Below, one piece after another: positions 26,831 through 40,119 of a stretch of DNA of 64,000 bases. The DNA comes from Mobula hypostoma (Eukaryota): positions 77,998,001-78,062,000 of the forward strand of contig NC_086097.1 in NCBI RefSeq assembly GCF_963921235.1. The letters run 5' to 3'. Each line of letters starts with the position of its first letter. The first letter of the stretch is position 1. The translations under genes and the position numbers were made by a program. The notes beneath the pieces were generated by a model. That model made no database searches. It was not told where the DNA came from and saw nothing but the letters and a program-made list of their open reading frames with translations.

Positions 26831-27865
26831 TTTTTTCTCAGAAGTTGCAATTCTGACTCCCCTATGAGTGAACAGCAGAGTGTTCCTTCAATCTGCTGAA
26901 ATCAGTGAACTTATTGCCTGCACAGAATCCAATTTAAGTTTAAAAGAGTGCACCTGAAGGACTCTGAGGAGAGAAATCCTTGTAAATTTCCATCTATAGG
27001 AGGAGCGCTCAATCACCAAATATAAGGCAGCAGCTCAGAAAGAAATATTTCCGCCTAAGCAAAAGAGCTGACCCTCTGTCTCTTTTGTTAGGCCTGTTTC
27101 CATTAAAGGGCAAGGGCCCACTTCAACTTTGAGAGAAGCCTATCAAATCCTAGTATCAATGGAGCAGAGGCTGCTGCGCCATTATCCACTGCCCTTGGGA
27201 AAGCAAATACCAATTCCCTAAACACAAGGCACAATGGTCAAGAATTAGTCATGATAAAGGTCTTTTCTTTGTCCCAGTTTGTATTCTCAAATAGCTTTGA
27301 TGCTAGTGAAACACCTTCTGAGGGTCAATATTAGCATCTGACACTGCCTGGATCAGATGCGATTTATACTTCCCAACACATTGAGGGAGCGAAGAGAACA
27401 ACCACAGAAAATAACACAGCTCTTCAAGATAAGAAAGCAGGGGAATCAGAGGTAATAAAATACCTTTGATCACACTATATATAAGGCATCCGTTAGTCTT
27501 GCGAGACCATGGATCTGCACCTGGAAAGTCTTCACTCTCCACTAACTAGCAGCATATACTGTATGTGCAGATGGTTTCTCCAATAACATTCAAACACATG
27601 TGAAGTTCATAGGAATAATCTGATTATTCATACATCAATGTGGAAATATAGAGCAAGATTGTTTATTAAGAATAAAATGTACTGCTTGAGTATCTTCCAA
27701 GTAAGCTTTGTGCGCCACTTAAGGTAATTGTGATCCAACATCTCAATAGAATTCTTAGGAGACATTCAGTCGTGGTCAGGCTAAAAAATTGTAAAGTATG
27801 CAACCAGCAGTAATGATCCTGCCAACATTTTGCAGAACAGCTACTAAACTACTTAAATATTATAG

Positions 27866-28386
27866 TCAGTGCAATAGATAGTGGCTGTGGAAGAGGTTTG
27901 GGTCTTCTTCAACGTGGACCAGAAATGTAGTGAGTGCTTCCAAGCTCCAAAACTGTACTTTTGAAATGGTAACGAATATTTCATCCCAGCAATATATGGT
28001 ATTTTGACTATTTTTAAGGAAACTTTTATCAATTTCTGTTACCCGAGATGAGTGGCCAGAAGCAGGCTCACTTACAGGCTGAGACATCTTTGAGATTCAT
28101 GTGCTGTTCACTGGGTGTTCGTCGGTTAGCAAATATGAAATCAGTCATCCCATAAAATGCAGCTATTTCTACGATTCCTAAGTTCCTTCCTGATTAGTTC
28201 TTCCTCTTTGATGACCTGTTGCAAATAAGGAATTGGTTCTTTAATCAATGTGCTCTCCTCCACTTTGTAAGGGCCCAGAGCAAATAAGGTGCTTTAGCTC
28301 TGTAGAAATGTTTACGAGCTGTTGACACCATTTGCCCTGCGGTTAGCGGGAGATCATTGAGAGGTATGTTGCTGAACTCTTCATGG
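27866..28386 (-). pseudogene. Copy A probable terminal exon remnant
   Basis: ctttttgtcag|C matches the phase-2 donor at 28807. HEEFSNIPLNDLPLTAGQMVSTARKHFYRAKAPYLLWAL / EESTLIKEPIPYLQQVIKEEELIRKELRNRRNSCILWDD* / ...FLVHVEEDPNLFHSHYLLH*. Minus-strand AATAAA at 27662-27667. Confidence 0.6.
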
Positions 28387-28806
28387 CTGACAAAAAGGTG
28401 AAGGTCCAACTAAAATATTCATGAACACTACAGGTTCAACATAGTATTTCTGAAATCAAGTTTTATATGAAGGTTAATTAGAAAAAAGAGTACAGTGAGA
28501 TCCCAATAACCTAGAATGCACGGGTCCTTGGTTGTGCTGGACCATGATATTTCCAGACTACTGGATGTTATTATGTCACTGAAATCTCAATACGTTATTT
28601 TAGGTATTACACAGTATTATGACAAAATTTTCAGCGAACCCAACAGGTTTAGTGGGAACATGGGAACCAGGGTCCCAGTGGATTAAAACAGAGAATCAAA
28701 AACATCATCCAGTGAGCCAGATACTAAAATATCAAGATTGCCAAATAGTTGGACAGCAGATTACTGGAGTTTTCCTGTGGCAGGGACAAACACAAAGGAG
28801 TGTTAC

Positions 28807-29593
28807 CTAAGGTGATGTTATGCCACATCATTGTCATTAGCACTTTGTTCCTTCCGTTGGCTGGGAGATTCCTGGATTTGTGTGGTTACTGAATAAAACA
28901 GCATGTTATATGTCAAAGGGCATAGAGTTTTTAAGACATTTTTCTGTGGCATTATAGCCTGTATATTCTCACACAGCTGGCAATAATGGTGAAGAAACAC
29001 CTTCACAGGCTTTTGGGCAGAGCAAAATGCCCACAATAGTCATGAAATGTAGGGAAACTTGAAACACATTTCCAGCTTTTCCTTGATGCTGTTTCACAGA
29101 AATTCTCAGTAAGAGGAGGTAAATGTGAATACACCAAATCTCTGTAAGATTTCACATCTTCTGTTTCATTCCCCTCATTTGAAAACTGACACACAGCAGT
29201 AATCATCACCACACATGTACTTTCTTCTGCTTCAAGCTAACTACCCACTCAGCTCCAGGAATATATGTATTAATATTGGCCGATATGCTATATTTTGCCC
29301 GGATTGAATGATGACATGGAGGAATCTGGCCCAATTTGGTAGCATGGAAATACTGAACTTACGGCATACAGCCCTCAGGATTCTCTCTTTAACCAGATGT
29401 ATTAAAGTTACTTGCTGTTCTAAATTCAGCTTGGCCAAATACACCAAATCTATTTCCCTACCTGTTGGTTGCACAAGGCAGGTACTGGTGCTGAGACCTG
29501 GTAGCAGGGCTAGTTAGTTGTGTGCATACAAGATGCATTAGGAATAACTTTTGACATATCTCCAAGTTTACTTTGCATCATATTTTGGGAATC
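28807..29593 (-). pseudogene. Copy A exon remnant with decayed zf-MYND
   Basis: ggactag|GA...CTTAG|gtaaca. LALLPGLS...PILIHIFLELSG / EAEESTCVVMITAVC...YSHLPPLTENFCETASRKSWKC / WAFCSAQKPVKVFLHHYCQLCENIQ, then after frameshifts YNATEKCLKNS and HITCC. Confidence 0.7.
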
Positions 29594-31499
29594 CTAGTCC
29601 AAGCATAAAATAATCTCCTGCCCATTGAATATTTGAGGTTTAAAAAATTTCTTTTATATTAGCAAATGAAAAAATATTGCCAGTGCAATAAAAACTGCCC
29701 TGTCTGTCGAGAAAAAAAATATTTTCCTGGGCATATTTCAACAGAGAAAAAGTGGAGAAAAACATAAATCTGTTGTCTAGAAAATAGCATAAGCATCATG
29801 ACAAAGAGGCTATAGCCCAACCTGACACAAATGAAACTAAAAATGCCAATAGTATTTTAATTCCTCCACGACAAAAATCAAAGTTCAGCAGTTGTAATGG
29901 TAGCTTCACCTATGCTGATTAAATATAGGCAGCATTCATCGGTTTTGGTGATCCCTTGGATCAAGGCTGACTCATCCCCACTCTAGTTCTGTGGATTCTC
30001 AAGGAATTGATGTGGCTACTGAGAGAAACACAGAGTCTCTCTGATGAAACAAGCAGGTGGGTGCTGGGCTTCAGGCGCTTGTAAAAATATAGGTCTCTAA
30101 TTTCTCAATTCCCATTCTAAATGCTGATACTCCATTTTGGGCAGTAGTGGGTCTTAGGTTCCCAAGAGTCGGTGGGGCGGGGGGGGGGTTCCATTTTTTC
30201 ACCAAGTCTACCTCACACACTTTTCACAATTCATGCAGACTCTGCTCATTTGCCCTATGTACATTTGCACAGGGCCATATTTGCAGCTGGACTTGAGTAG
30301 TGAACACTGTCACCTTGGGTTGACCTACTGTAATCCAGTCTTTATTTCGACATTTGATTTATATTCTGAGTACACAACACTAAGAAGAAAAATAAACAGC
30401 AATGACCAGAGTGCAAACTGGGCAATGGCAGTCTCAGATTTACATAGCAGAGGTTAAATTCAGGATGGGAACCAGTGGTATAATTAAGGTGCCTCCAAGG
30501 ATGAGAACTATTAGTAACCATGGGAAAATTCTTAACAGTGAGTTGCAATGTCACAAAAGGCAATGGTAAGGCTGTGAATAAACATCACAGAGTCAATATC
30601 AGAAAATGCCTTGCCACACACCAGCAACAAGGAAACATTTGATTGGCCAACTTCACTTGCAGGAAAAATTCTGCATCAGGCCCAGAAATTCTTATAATCC
30701 GGTGTTTCACGTAGTTGTGCAGTGAGAATATTAAAGACAAACCAACAGAGCAATTCATTAATTAGATTTGACAGAATGGGATTCCTTGCAGAATCTGTAC
30801 TTTGCAAAGATCACAACATATTTTAACACACATTTACATGCACATGTAGATAAATGTCTAGATATGAAGGGTGTGGCAAAATAAACAGGGTAGTAGTGAA
30901 ATTCTTCTCATTATCTGGACTGTAAAAAAGACAGATCATGACAGTCTTTGGAAACATTCTTACATTGGTATGTCCTTAAGAAAGTTGTGGTATTAATTTT
31001 GACATGGTCAGAGTTGAGGCAAGTCAGGCTGGAAAATTTACCACACTGAAACAAAATCATAACAAAGCTTAGTGCAATGTTCTTCCAGCAGACTCCAGAC
31101 TGAGCCCACACTTCATGGACTGCAGTTCATTCTGTAAGCAGAAGCCATTCAAAGTACCCTTTCAGCAAGAAGGTTGGAGGACAGTGATAGTGTCATAGAA
31201 ACCACTTTCTACACCAGTCTCCACAATATGCTTATCCCATTCCTCCCAAGCTGAGCTCAATTTGTATCCCCATGCAGTGAACTCATTCCTTTTTACAGTC
31301 TGGAACCATATCTTCCCTTAATAATATAGAGAGTTAAGTTGTCCCTCAGGACTAAGTACAAGTTAAAACCCCTTGAAATGAGCATAATGTCATTGCCAAG
31401 GAAGAATATTTGCGTCTTTCCCTTCTCATTTTCCTCCCCACAAATGAGTCTAAACTGTAAGTATAAGAATTACATTAAATACCACCTTCACCCTGGTGG

Positions 31500-33300
31500 T
31501 TCACTTCCACCTTCACAACGGAATCCCATAGCTCCAATGACCGTGTGATTTCAGTTTCTGAGGCTGACATGAGATCATCATTCAGAAGGGTTCACCCACA
31601 GAAAGCATCCAGTCCAGACGGGGTAGCTGGCTGAGTACTAAGGGCTTGTGCTGATCAAGTGGCTGGGGTGTCCACTGAGAAGGTTAACCTTTAACTTTGG
31701 CAATCTGAGGTACCCATCTGCTTCAAGCAGGCTTCAATTATAATGGTACTTAAGAAGAATGTGGTAACCTTCCTCATTAACTATCATCTAGCAGCACTTA
31801 TAACCACAGTGATGAAGTACTTTGAGGCGTTGGTGAGGAAAGATATGAAATCTTCCACTCCAATTTGCCTACCTCCACAACACGTCAACAGCAAATGCCA
31901 TTTCATTGACCCTTCACTCAACCCTGGAACAGGTGGACAGTGAAGTTCTCTTTGACTACAGCTCAGCATTCATTACTGTCATCCCATCAAAAATATCAAT
32001 ACGCTCCAAGACCTAGGCCTCAAAGCCTCCTTGTGCAACTGGATTCTCAATTTCCTCACTTTCAGTCAGTTTGGATTGGGAACAATATCTTCTCCACAAT
32101 TACCATCAACACAGGTGCACCACAAGGTCTCTACTCTACTCACTTCATACTTATGACTTTGAGGCAAAGCACAGCTTGAATACCATATTTAAGTTTCCTG
32201 ATGACACCAAAGTCACTGGCCAAATCAAAGGTGGTGATGAATCAGCATATTGAGGGAGATTGAAAATCTGGCCGAATGATGCCACAACAACTAAACCTCT
32301 TACTCAATGCCAGCCAGACCAAGGAGCTGGTTATTGATTTCAGAAGGAGGAAATCAGAGGTTCATCTGTCAGTCTTCATCAGTGGATTAGAGGTGGAGAG
32401 GGTCAGCAACTTTACAATCCTTGGTGTTATCATTTCAGAGGATCGGTCTTGGGTCCATCAAAAAGAAAGCACAGCAGTACCTCTAGTTTCTTATAGGTTT
32501 ATGAAGATACAGCATGTCATCTAAAACATTAACAAACTTCTGTAGGTACATGGTGGAGAGAATATACTGAGTGGCTGCATTACAGCCAATATGGAAACAC
32601 CAATGACTTTGAATGGAAAATTCTACAAACAGTTGTGGAAACAGTCCAGTCCATCAATGGTGAAACCCTCCCCACCTCTGAGCACAAACAAGAGAAAATC
32701 TGCAGATGCTGGAAATCCGAGCAACACACACAAAATGCTGGAGGAACTCAGCAGGCCAGGCAGCATCTACGGAAAAAAAGTACAGTTGACGTTTCGGGCC
32801 GAAACCCTTCAACAGCACAACTACATGGAGCATTGTCGCAGAAAAGCAGCATCCACCGTCAGGACCTCGATTACCCAGGCCATGGTCTCTTCTCGCAGCT
32901 GCCATCAGGAAGGAGGTACAGAAGCCTCAGGACTCACACCACCAGGTTCAGAAAGAGTCATTACCCTGCAACTGTCAGTCACTTGAACCAGAGGGGATAA
33001 CTTCACACCACTTCACTTGCCGCCATCATTGAAATGTTCCCACAACCCCTGAACTCACTTTCAATAACTCTTCATGTTCTCAATACTTATTGCTCACGTA
33101 TTCATTTTTTTTTCTTTCTGTTTTTGCACAATTTGTTGTCTTTTGCACATTGGTTGTTTTTTCATCATGTTATGTACAGTCCTTCACTGATGCTATTGAT
33201 GTATATTTGCATTTTCTGTGAATTCCCCACAAGAAAACAAACCTCACAGTTGTATATGGGGACGTATATGTACTTTGATATCAAATACGTTTGATATCGT
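31500..33300 (+). mobile_element. Rex1/Babar LINE, decayed, containing a Penelope-end insertion
   Basis: VMKYFEALV, NTGAPQG, FKFPDDT, TKELVIDFRR, LFSQLPSGRRYRS. Insert 32688-32813 has TSD agcacaa. Confidence 0.9.
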
Positions 33301-33999
33301 ATATGTACTTTGAAATAAGAACTCCTGATAAGAGAAAAAAAAATTATCCGGATCAGTGAATGGAAAATTGTTGAAAATTTAAATAAACACAGAGAGTGTG
33401 GGAACATTCAGGTTGTCAGGCAGATTTGTACAAAGGAGAAAGAGTTAATGCTTCAGGTCCGATACCCATCATCCAAACTGGGAAAGCGAGGAAACAAGTT
33501 AGTTTTCAGTGCCAAATGTAGGGAAGGGATGGATAGAACAAATGGAATTGCTCTCAAAGATTGAGATTAACAGAGAACCATTAAATTTACTCATCTGCTC
33601 TTGCCAGGTCAGAGAAATTCTTTTTGTTCTACCCATCCAACCATGCCACTCCATAACCACCATTTCTGCTACTACAAATTAGTGTTTTTTTCCCCGCAGG
33701 TCTGATGTAAATTCAATGTGTTTCTTTTTCTACAGATACTGTCTGGCCTGCCTAGTGCTTCCACCATTTTTTCTTTTATTCATTTAAATTGACAAGAAGA
33801 AGATAATCTAATCCTACCTCCTTGCATAGGTACAAGTGACCACCCACCATGTTATGGACATTCAGGTAATGGAAATTCTCCATTAAGGAGTTAACACAGG
33901 CAGCTAGGTCAAGGTGAACGGAGACCATTATTGTTGTGTATTATCTCCCACCCTCTGGCACCTTCCTATATAACCAACCAGCCATTACTCTTCCAAACA

Positions 34000-35090
34000 A
34001 TAAATTTGAAAAGGTACAGTATGTCAAGATACCGTATAACATAAATTTCTATAGATGTACAGTAGGAAGCAACCTGGTTGCATCACAGCCTAGTACGGGG
34101 GTTTCTTGCACAGGATTACAAGAGGCTTGTAGACTCTTCCAGCTTCATCACAGGTACAACCCTCAACCTTTCCCTCCATCCAGGCCACCTTCAAGAGGCG
34201 GTGCCTGAAGAAGGCAGCACCCATCACTAAGAACCCTCAACATCTGGAACATGCCCTTTTCTCATTGCACCATCAAGGAGGAGGTACAGGTGCCTGAAGA
34301 CCACTGATGATTCTGAAGCAGCTTCTTCCCCTCCACAATGAGATTTTTGTATTGTCTGTGAATAATACCCCCTTTTTTTACTTTAAGGTTGTTAAAGTAA
34401 AATATGGGAGGTGGTAAAGGGGATAGACTCCCACTACCTATTAAATGCTCCCAGTGGACTGCACCTCAAATAGCCTCTGACAACCAAGTCTAGCTCTCGG
34501 CCTTCACGTTATGGCTTAGCTATTAAGCCCGGCGGAACCATTTCTACTGACAGGAGAAGGGGTAAAGGAGGGTTACTGGCACCTGAAAAACAGTCACTTC
34601 AGGAAGATGGGGGCTCGTCAGCCGTGGGTGGCATCTCATCTCAAAGAAGGAAAACTCTGATCTCAAACCTCGGCTGCCTTGCAGCTGTACCCACTCATGG
34701 GGAAGGCTTTGGGAGTAAACCCAATGGAAAATTCTGGAGCTGGAGTCCATAAGGCAGTCCAACGCTGAGTTCAACACTGACTGGTAGCTCCTGTGATACC
34801 ACTGATACCAAACTATATCGGTCTCTGTCATTCCTTTGAATTCATCAGCTGCATGGAAGGGGAAACCTGCTGCATGGGAAACAGTTTTCTCGCTATATAG
34901 TACTGCCCGGGCTTGCGTATTACATTGACAACCTGGATGCAATATCCATGGTTGAACCCCAACCAGCAGAAGGCCTCATTTTTGTAATTTATAGTAATTT
35001 TGTACCTATGCACTGTACTGTTGCCTCCTGTTGCCTCAAAACAACAAAATTTCATGGCATATCAATCAGTGAGAATAAATCTGATCTGGT
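34000..35090 (+). mobile_element. Rex1 3' fragment split by another interspersed repeat (~34400-34975)
   Basis: NFYRCTV and PSRRRYR-like segments, with a Rex-type 3' UTR at ~34980-35090. The middle element is unclassified. Confidence 0.55.
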
Positions 35091-35532
35091 GCCAACTGAC
35101 CCATCAAAATAAATCCAGGGCACGTTTTCAGCCAATAACCTGTTGCCAATCACTTTGCTAAAGGGCCATAGTGTATATTACTAACCAAAGAAAGGCAGCT
35201 GGCCCTTTAAATAAAAGTGCCTTTCACCATGCTGGAACTACATTAGGTTATTTGATTCAAAGTAAATTGACGTGTGGAAAACAAAACAGAGAGAGAGGAA
35301 GAAAGATGGAACGAAAAGAGAAATAAAAGACATGGAAGGGGAAAACAAATTAAAATGTAGCTTTTTTAATACTTAAATTTAAATAAATACAACTTTGCCT
35401 TTCTAAATTTTCATTCCCATAGCCAGACGAAATTTTGAAGAGTAATTTCAAATTATATTTTGTTATTACAGAGAAGAGGTCATCTGGTCCTTTGAGTCTA
35501 TTTTAATAAGTATCATGATGCCAAAAACTCAC

Positions 35533-35890
35533 TTTCACTTGAAAGCAAGAGGACTGGTATTTCCATATGCTTAGTGGGTAATTAAGTAGGTATAAGTATT
35601 GTAAGCTCAAACCCTTCACATATCTTTCAACAAGATACTGATGTTCCAAGAACTTCTGAGAATGGGAAAGCAAAACAAAAATCAGCTGGCAGGTTCTGGA
35701 TTTCTGCATATACTGTAACTTTGCATATGGAAATGGTGGAAGCTGCCAGACTGACTGCACAGGAATGATGAGAGTCGTGAGTCTTCTCAGCATTATTATG
35801 CAACCTCGAAATCAATGTAGCTCGTGATTCCAAGCCAAGGTCCTGAAGAAACTTTAAAAAGTTGCTGCGTGGACTGAGCTAATTTATCAC
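35533..35890 (-). pseudogene. Copy A exon remnant
   Basis: ccacttaag|GT...GAAA|gtgagt. ISICKVTVYAEIQNLPADFCFAFPFSEVLGTSVSC*KICEGFELTILIP resembles the family 'LVFPFPVxG...RIARKSxYIEVIAP' segment (from memory). Confidence 0.65.
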
Positions 35891-36079
35891 CTTAAGTGGA
35901 AAGGAACCTCAGGGCCTCACACTCCAAATAAAAGGTAAAACAAGTTCTCCCTAGAGCTATTTAAAATGTAATATATCTACGGCAAACTTGTAACTTTAAT
36001 GTCAATGAAGTGAGTCATATTGAAAAATGTGGTTTAAATCAGAAGCAAATTTAAAACAGACATGAAGACGTATTTTACT

Positions 36080-36510
36080 TAAAGGTGATAATGCCATGAA
36101 ATGATTTAGCAAATTGATTAAGAGGTAGAACTTGGTGTCTGGATAGTGTATCAAGTGTTGTTTCTTAGTCCATTATGGGTACAATTCTTTGCCACCAAAA
36201 TACCTGGGGTCAGGGGTAAGGGAGACCAAACGCACTACCTGCAAGAGCAAGAAGGCATCTGTAAGCGGGAGTGGAATTGAGTTCAACGGGCATTCTGTCT
36301 GAGATAACCAATGCAAGAGGATCTGACAACTGAGTGGGCTCAATAAAGCTTCATTTGCTACCTCAGAGGAAAGGATAATTCCCATGACTTTGCTCTCACC
36401 CTTGCCCAGAAGTCACCTCCATGTCTTCAACAGAACGTCAAGCTCATAACTTCCTTTCCAATGGAATAGAATGGTCACCTTTGAAGGGAAGGATGCTCAC
36501 GTAGACAAAA
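36080..36510 (-). pseudogene. Copy A exon remnant
   Basis: Near-open frame ILFHWKGSYELDVLLKTWR*LLGKGESKVMGIILSS...RYFGGKELYP*WTKKQHLIHYPDTKFYLL... ending at TTAA|gtaaaa, phase 1. Confidence 0.55.
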
Positions 36511-36529
36511 TGTTAATCTATAATATACC

Positions 36530-36995
36530 AACAGAATCAACAAACAGTAACAGACACCAACAGAATCAACAAACTCATTCGTAAGGCCAGTGATGTTGTG
36601 GGGATGGAACTGGACTCTCTGACGGTGGTGTCTGAAAAGAGAATGCTGTCCAAGTTGCATGCCATCTTGGACAACGTCTCCCATCCACTACATAACGTAC
36701 TGGTTAGGCACAGGAGTACATTCAGCCAGAGACTCATTCCACCGAGATGCAACACAGAGCGTCATAGGAAGTCATTCCTGCCTGTGGTCATCAAACTTTA
36801 CAACTCCTCCCTTGGGGGGTCAGACACCCTGAGCCAATAAACTGGTCCTGGACTTACTTCCTGGCATAATTTACATATTATTATTTAAATATTTATGGTT
36901 TTATTTTGCTATATTTATACTTTATTCTTCGTTGGTGCAACTGTAACAAAACCCAATTTCCCCCAGGATCAATAAGGTATGACTATGACTATGAA
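36530..36995 (+). mobile_element. Rex1 3' end with (tatgac)n tail
   Basis: ILDNVSHPLH...TERHRKSFLPVVIKLYN. Confidence 0.85.
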
Positions 36996-37539
36996 TATGT
37001 TGATGCCCCAAGCCATCCGTATGGGCTACTGGGAGTTGCATTCCTTTGTATTTCAATTGACATAGAGTTTCGGTGCTGCAACCTTTTAAGTAGATCTGAG
37101 GATTATTAAACCTTCCTGTTATGTTCAATCTGGCCACAAATGGAAACTGATGTGAGAAAGTGTCTATGATCTTTTCTGGATTCTTTTTTACTATGGTGAT
37201 CAGACTTTCAGAAACTAAGGTGATCGATTAATGCCAGATGATTATACTTCTTAAAATGTTTGTGCATAATTGGTTAGGTTTTCTGGTTAATTATTTGAAC
37301 GGGGAATAGACTTTAGAGCGTACTTGAAAGATCAGATCATGCCAATATTATGCAATCCTAAATCTCATTATATATTAATTGTGACAAACAACAATTCTCT
37401 GACTTAAACATCAATAGACCTCTATACAATGCTTGGAAATCAGGGTTCCTGCTTTGTAGCTAGTAGCAGGCTTGGAACTGGTTTAATAGCTTAGTTATAT
37501 ACTTGACTAGAAGAATTTGGTACACTTACTAAACCATTA

Positions 37540-39175
37540 AGTTAAGTCAAGTCATCACTTTTTATTGTCATTTCAACCATAACTGCTGGTACAGTACACA
37601 GTAAAAACGAGACAACGTTTTTCAGGACCATCGTGCTACATGAAACAATACAAAACCTACACTGAACCACGTAAAAAGAACACAAAAACTACACTAGACT
37701 ACAGACCTACCCAGGACTGCATAAAGTGCACAAAACAGCGCAGGCATTACAATAAATAATAAACAAGACAATATGCACAGTAGAGGGCAGTAGTTTGGTG
37801 TCAGTCCAGGTTCTGGGTATTGAGGAGTCTGATGGCTTGGGGGAAGAAACTGTTACATAGTCTGGTTGTGAGAGCCCGAAAGCTTCGGTGCCTTTTGTCA
37901 GATGGCAGGAGGGAGAAGAGTTTGTATGAGGGGTGCGTGGGGTCCTTCACAATACTGTTTACTTTACGGATGCAGCGTGTGGTGTAAACATCTGTAATGG
38001 CGGGAAGAGAGACCCCGATGATCTTCTCAGCTGACCTCACTATCCGCTGTAGGGTCTTGTGATCCGAGATGGTGCAATTTCTGAACCAGGCCGTGATGCA
38101 GCTGCTTAGGATGCTCTCAATACAACCTCTGTAGAATGTGGTGAGGATGGGGGGGGTGGGAGATGGACTTTTCTCAGCCTTCGCAGAAAGTAGGAACGCT
38201 GTTGGGCTTTCTTTGCTATGGATCTGGTGTTGAAGGACCAGGTGAGATTCTCCCCCAGGTGAATACCAAGAAATTTGGTGCTCTTAACGATCTCTACGGA
38301 GGAGTCGTCGATGTTCAGCGGAGAGTGATTGCTCCGTGTCCTCCTGAAGTCAACAATCATTTCTTTTGTTTTGTTCACATTCAGAGAGGGGTTGTTGGCT
38401 CTGCACCAGTTTGTTAGCCGCTGCACCTCCTCTCTGTATGCTGACTCATTGTTCTTGCTGATGAGACCCACCACGGTCGTGTCATCGGTGAACTTGATGA
38501 TGTGGTTCGAGCTGTGTGTTGCAGCACAGTTGTGGGTCAGCAGAGTGCACAGCAGTGGACTGAGCACACAGCCCTGGGGTGCCCCCGTGCTCAGTGTGAT
38601 GGTGTTGGAGATGCTGCTTCCAATCCGGACTGACTGAGGTCTCCCAGTCAGGAAGTCTAGGATCCAGTTGCAGAGGGAGGTGTTCAGGCCCAGTAGACTC
38701 AGCTTTCCAATCAGTTTCTGAGTAATGATTGTGTTGAATGCTGAACTGAAGTCTATGAACAGCATTCGAACGTTCGTGTCTTTTTTGTCCAGGTGGGTTA
38801 GGACCAGGTAGAGGGTGAGGACAATGGCGTCATCTGTTGAATGGTTGGGACGGTACGCAAACTGCAGGGGATCCAGTGAGGGGGGCAGCAGGGTCTTGAT
38901 GTGCCTCATGACGAGCCACTTGACTTCATGATGATGGATTGAGTGCAATGGGACGGTAGTCATTGAGGCAGGACACTGAAGACTTCTTCGGCACGGGGAC
39001 GATGATGGTGGCCTTGAAGCACATAGGAACAACAGCGCTGCTCAGGAAGATGTTGAATATGTCAGTGAGAATCTCTGCTAGCTGGTCTGCACATCCTCTA
39101 AGCACTCTGCCAGGAATATTGTCTGGTCCAGCAGGCTTCCGTGGGTTGACCCTGCACAGGGTTCTCTTCACATCG
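37540..39175 (-). mobile_element. Relatively young 5'-truncated Rex1/Babar LINE (RT domain)
   Basis: 308-aa ORF with [32 protein letters not shown] and KFTDDT. Few disruptions. Confidence 0.95.
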
Positions 39176-39383
39176 GAAAGTTCATAACAAAATCATAATT
39201 TCCCCATAGCTATCAAATTCTTTTCAAGGCCTCAGTTTTACTTACGAGTTTATTAAGTACAAAAAAACTTTAATTGACATATCAGTATCTCTTTCACCAA
39301 TCAACTTCCAAATTCTTTACTTCAGCCCTCCCTCACCTAGTTTCACCTATCACCTTGTGTTTTTCCCTCCCTTCCATCCCACC

Positions 39384-39664
39384 TGTTAGAGTGATTTTTG
39401 GGTTTAGGCCATTTACATTTAACAAATGGCGTTGGCTACCAGTTTGTATGTAGCTTCCAAAGATAGAAAGCATTTTCTACTTTGTAAATATGAAATTATC
39501 CTTTGTGTTTAGCAAATAAATATCGAGCCCCACATTGGGTCAGCAGACCTTTCCACTGAAAGCGTCTCTGTATGATGTCTGCTGTACCTTGTTTTGTTGA
39601 ATAAAGAAGCTGCTTTGTATCTACCAGTAACTCTCTCTCCGGTGATCTTGTTCACACAACGACA
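39384..39664 (+). mobile_element. Solo LTR (281 bp) inside a Penelope terminal repeat (~39300-39835)
   Basis: TGT...ACA termini, AATAAA at ~39600, 5-bp TSD ccacc at 39379-39383 and 39665-39669. Confidence 0.8.
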
Positions 39665-39839
39665 CCACCCTCTTCCTCTGACTCCTCATCTTCTTTCTCC
39701 AGCCCTGCTGAAGGGTCTCAGCCCAAAATGTCAACTGTAAGCTTTTACATAGGCATTGCCTGACATGCTGAGTTCCTCCAGCATTTTGTGTGTGTTGCTT
39801 TGGATTTCCAGCATCTGCAGATTTTCTTTTGTTTGCTAC

Positions 39840-40113
39840 CTGTTGAAAAGATTTTTCAATGTGTATTTGTTTTGAAGCATTCTGGATGAACATAAGCTTC
39901 ATTTCTAAGAGCAGAAAAAATTGTTAAAAGATAGAAGTTTGTTTTGGTATCAGTTCCACGTGAATAGCTGTGCAAAAGAGGATATTGCGGAAAGACCACT
40001 TGTATGTTCTCCCTGATACTCAGCTGCACTGATTTCAAGAGACTGTAACATCCATCAGGGTACATAACAGCTACCGAAGTCAAATTGCCGCTCCTGTTAT
40101 AGAACTTCAAGCA
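39840..40113 (-). pseudogene. Copy A exon remnant
   Basis: CLKFYNRSGNLT...ENIQVVFPQYPLLHSYSRG matches copy B IVKLFKKGILT...KLEVVCSQYSSF. Both edges abut repeats. Confidence 0.55.
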
Positions 40114-40119
40114 CTGCAG

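Noticed and set aside
30911..31111. Extra exon of copy A (66-aa ORF)
   Set aside because: No convincing splice sites or motif match, and the flanking exons 35533 and 29593 already join in phase.
38106..39032. Longest ORF (308 aa) as a host gene
   Set aside because: It is Rex1/Babar reverse transcriptase, 5'-truncated and frameshifted.
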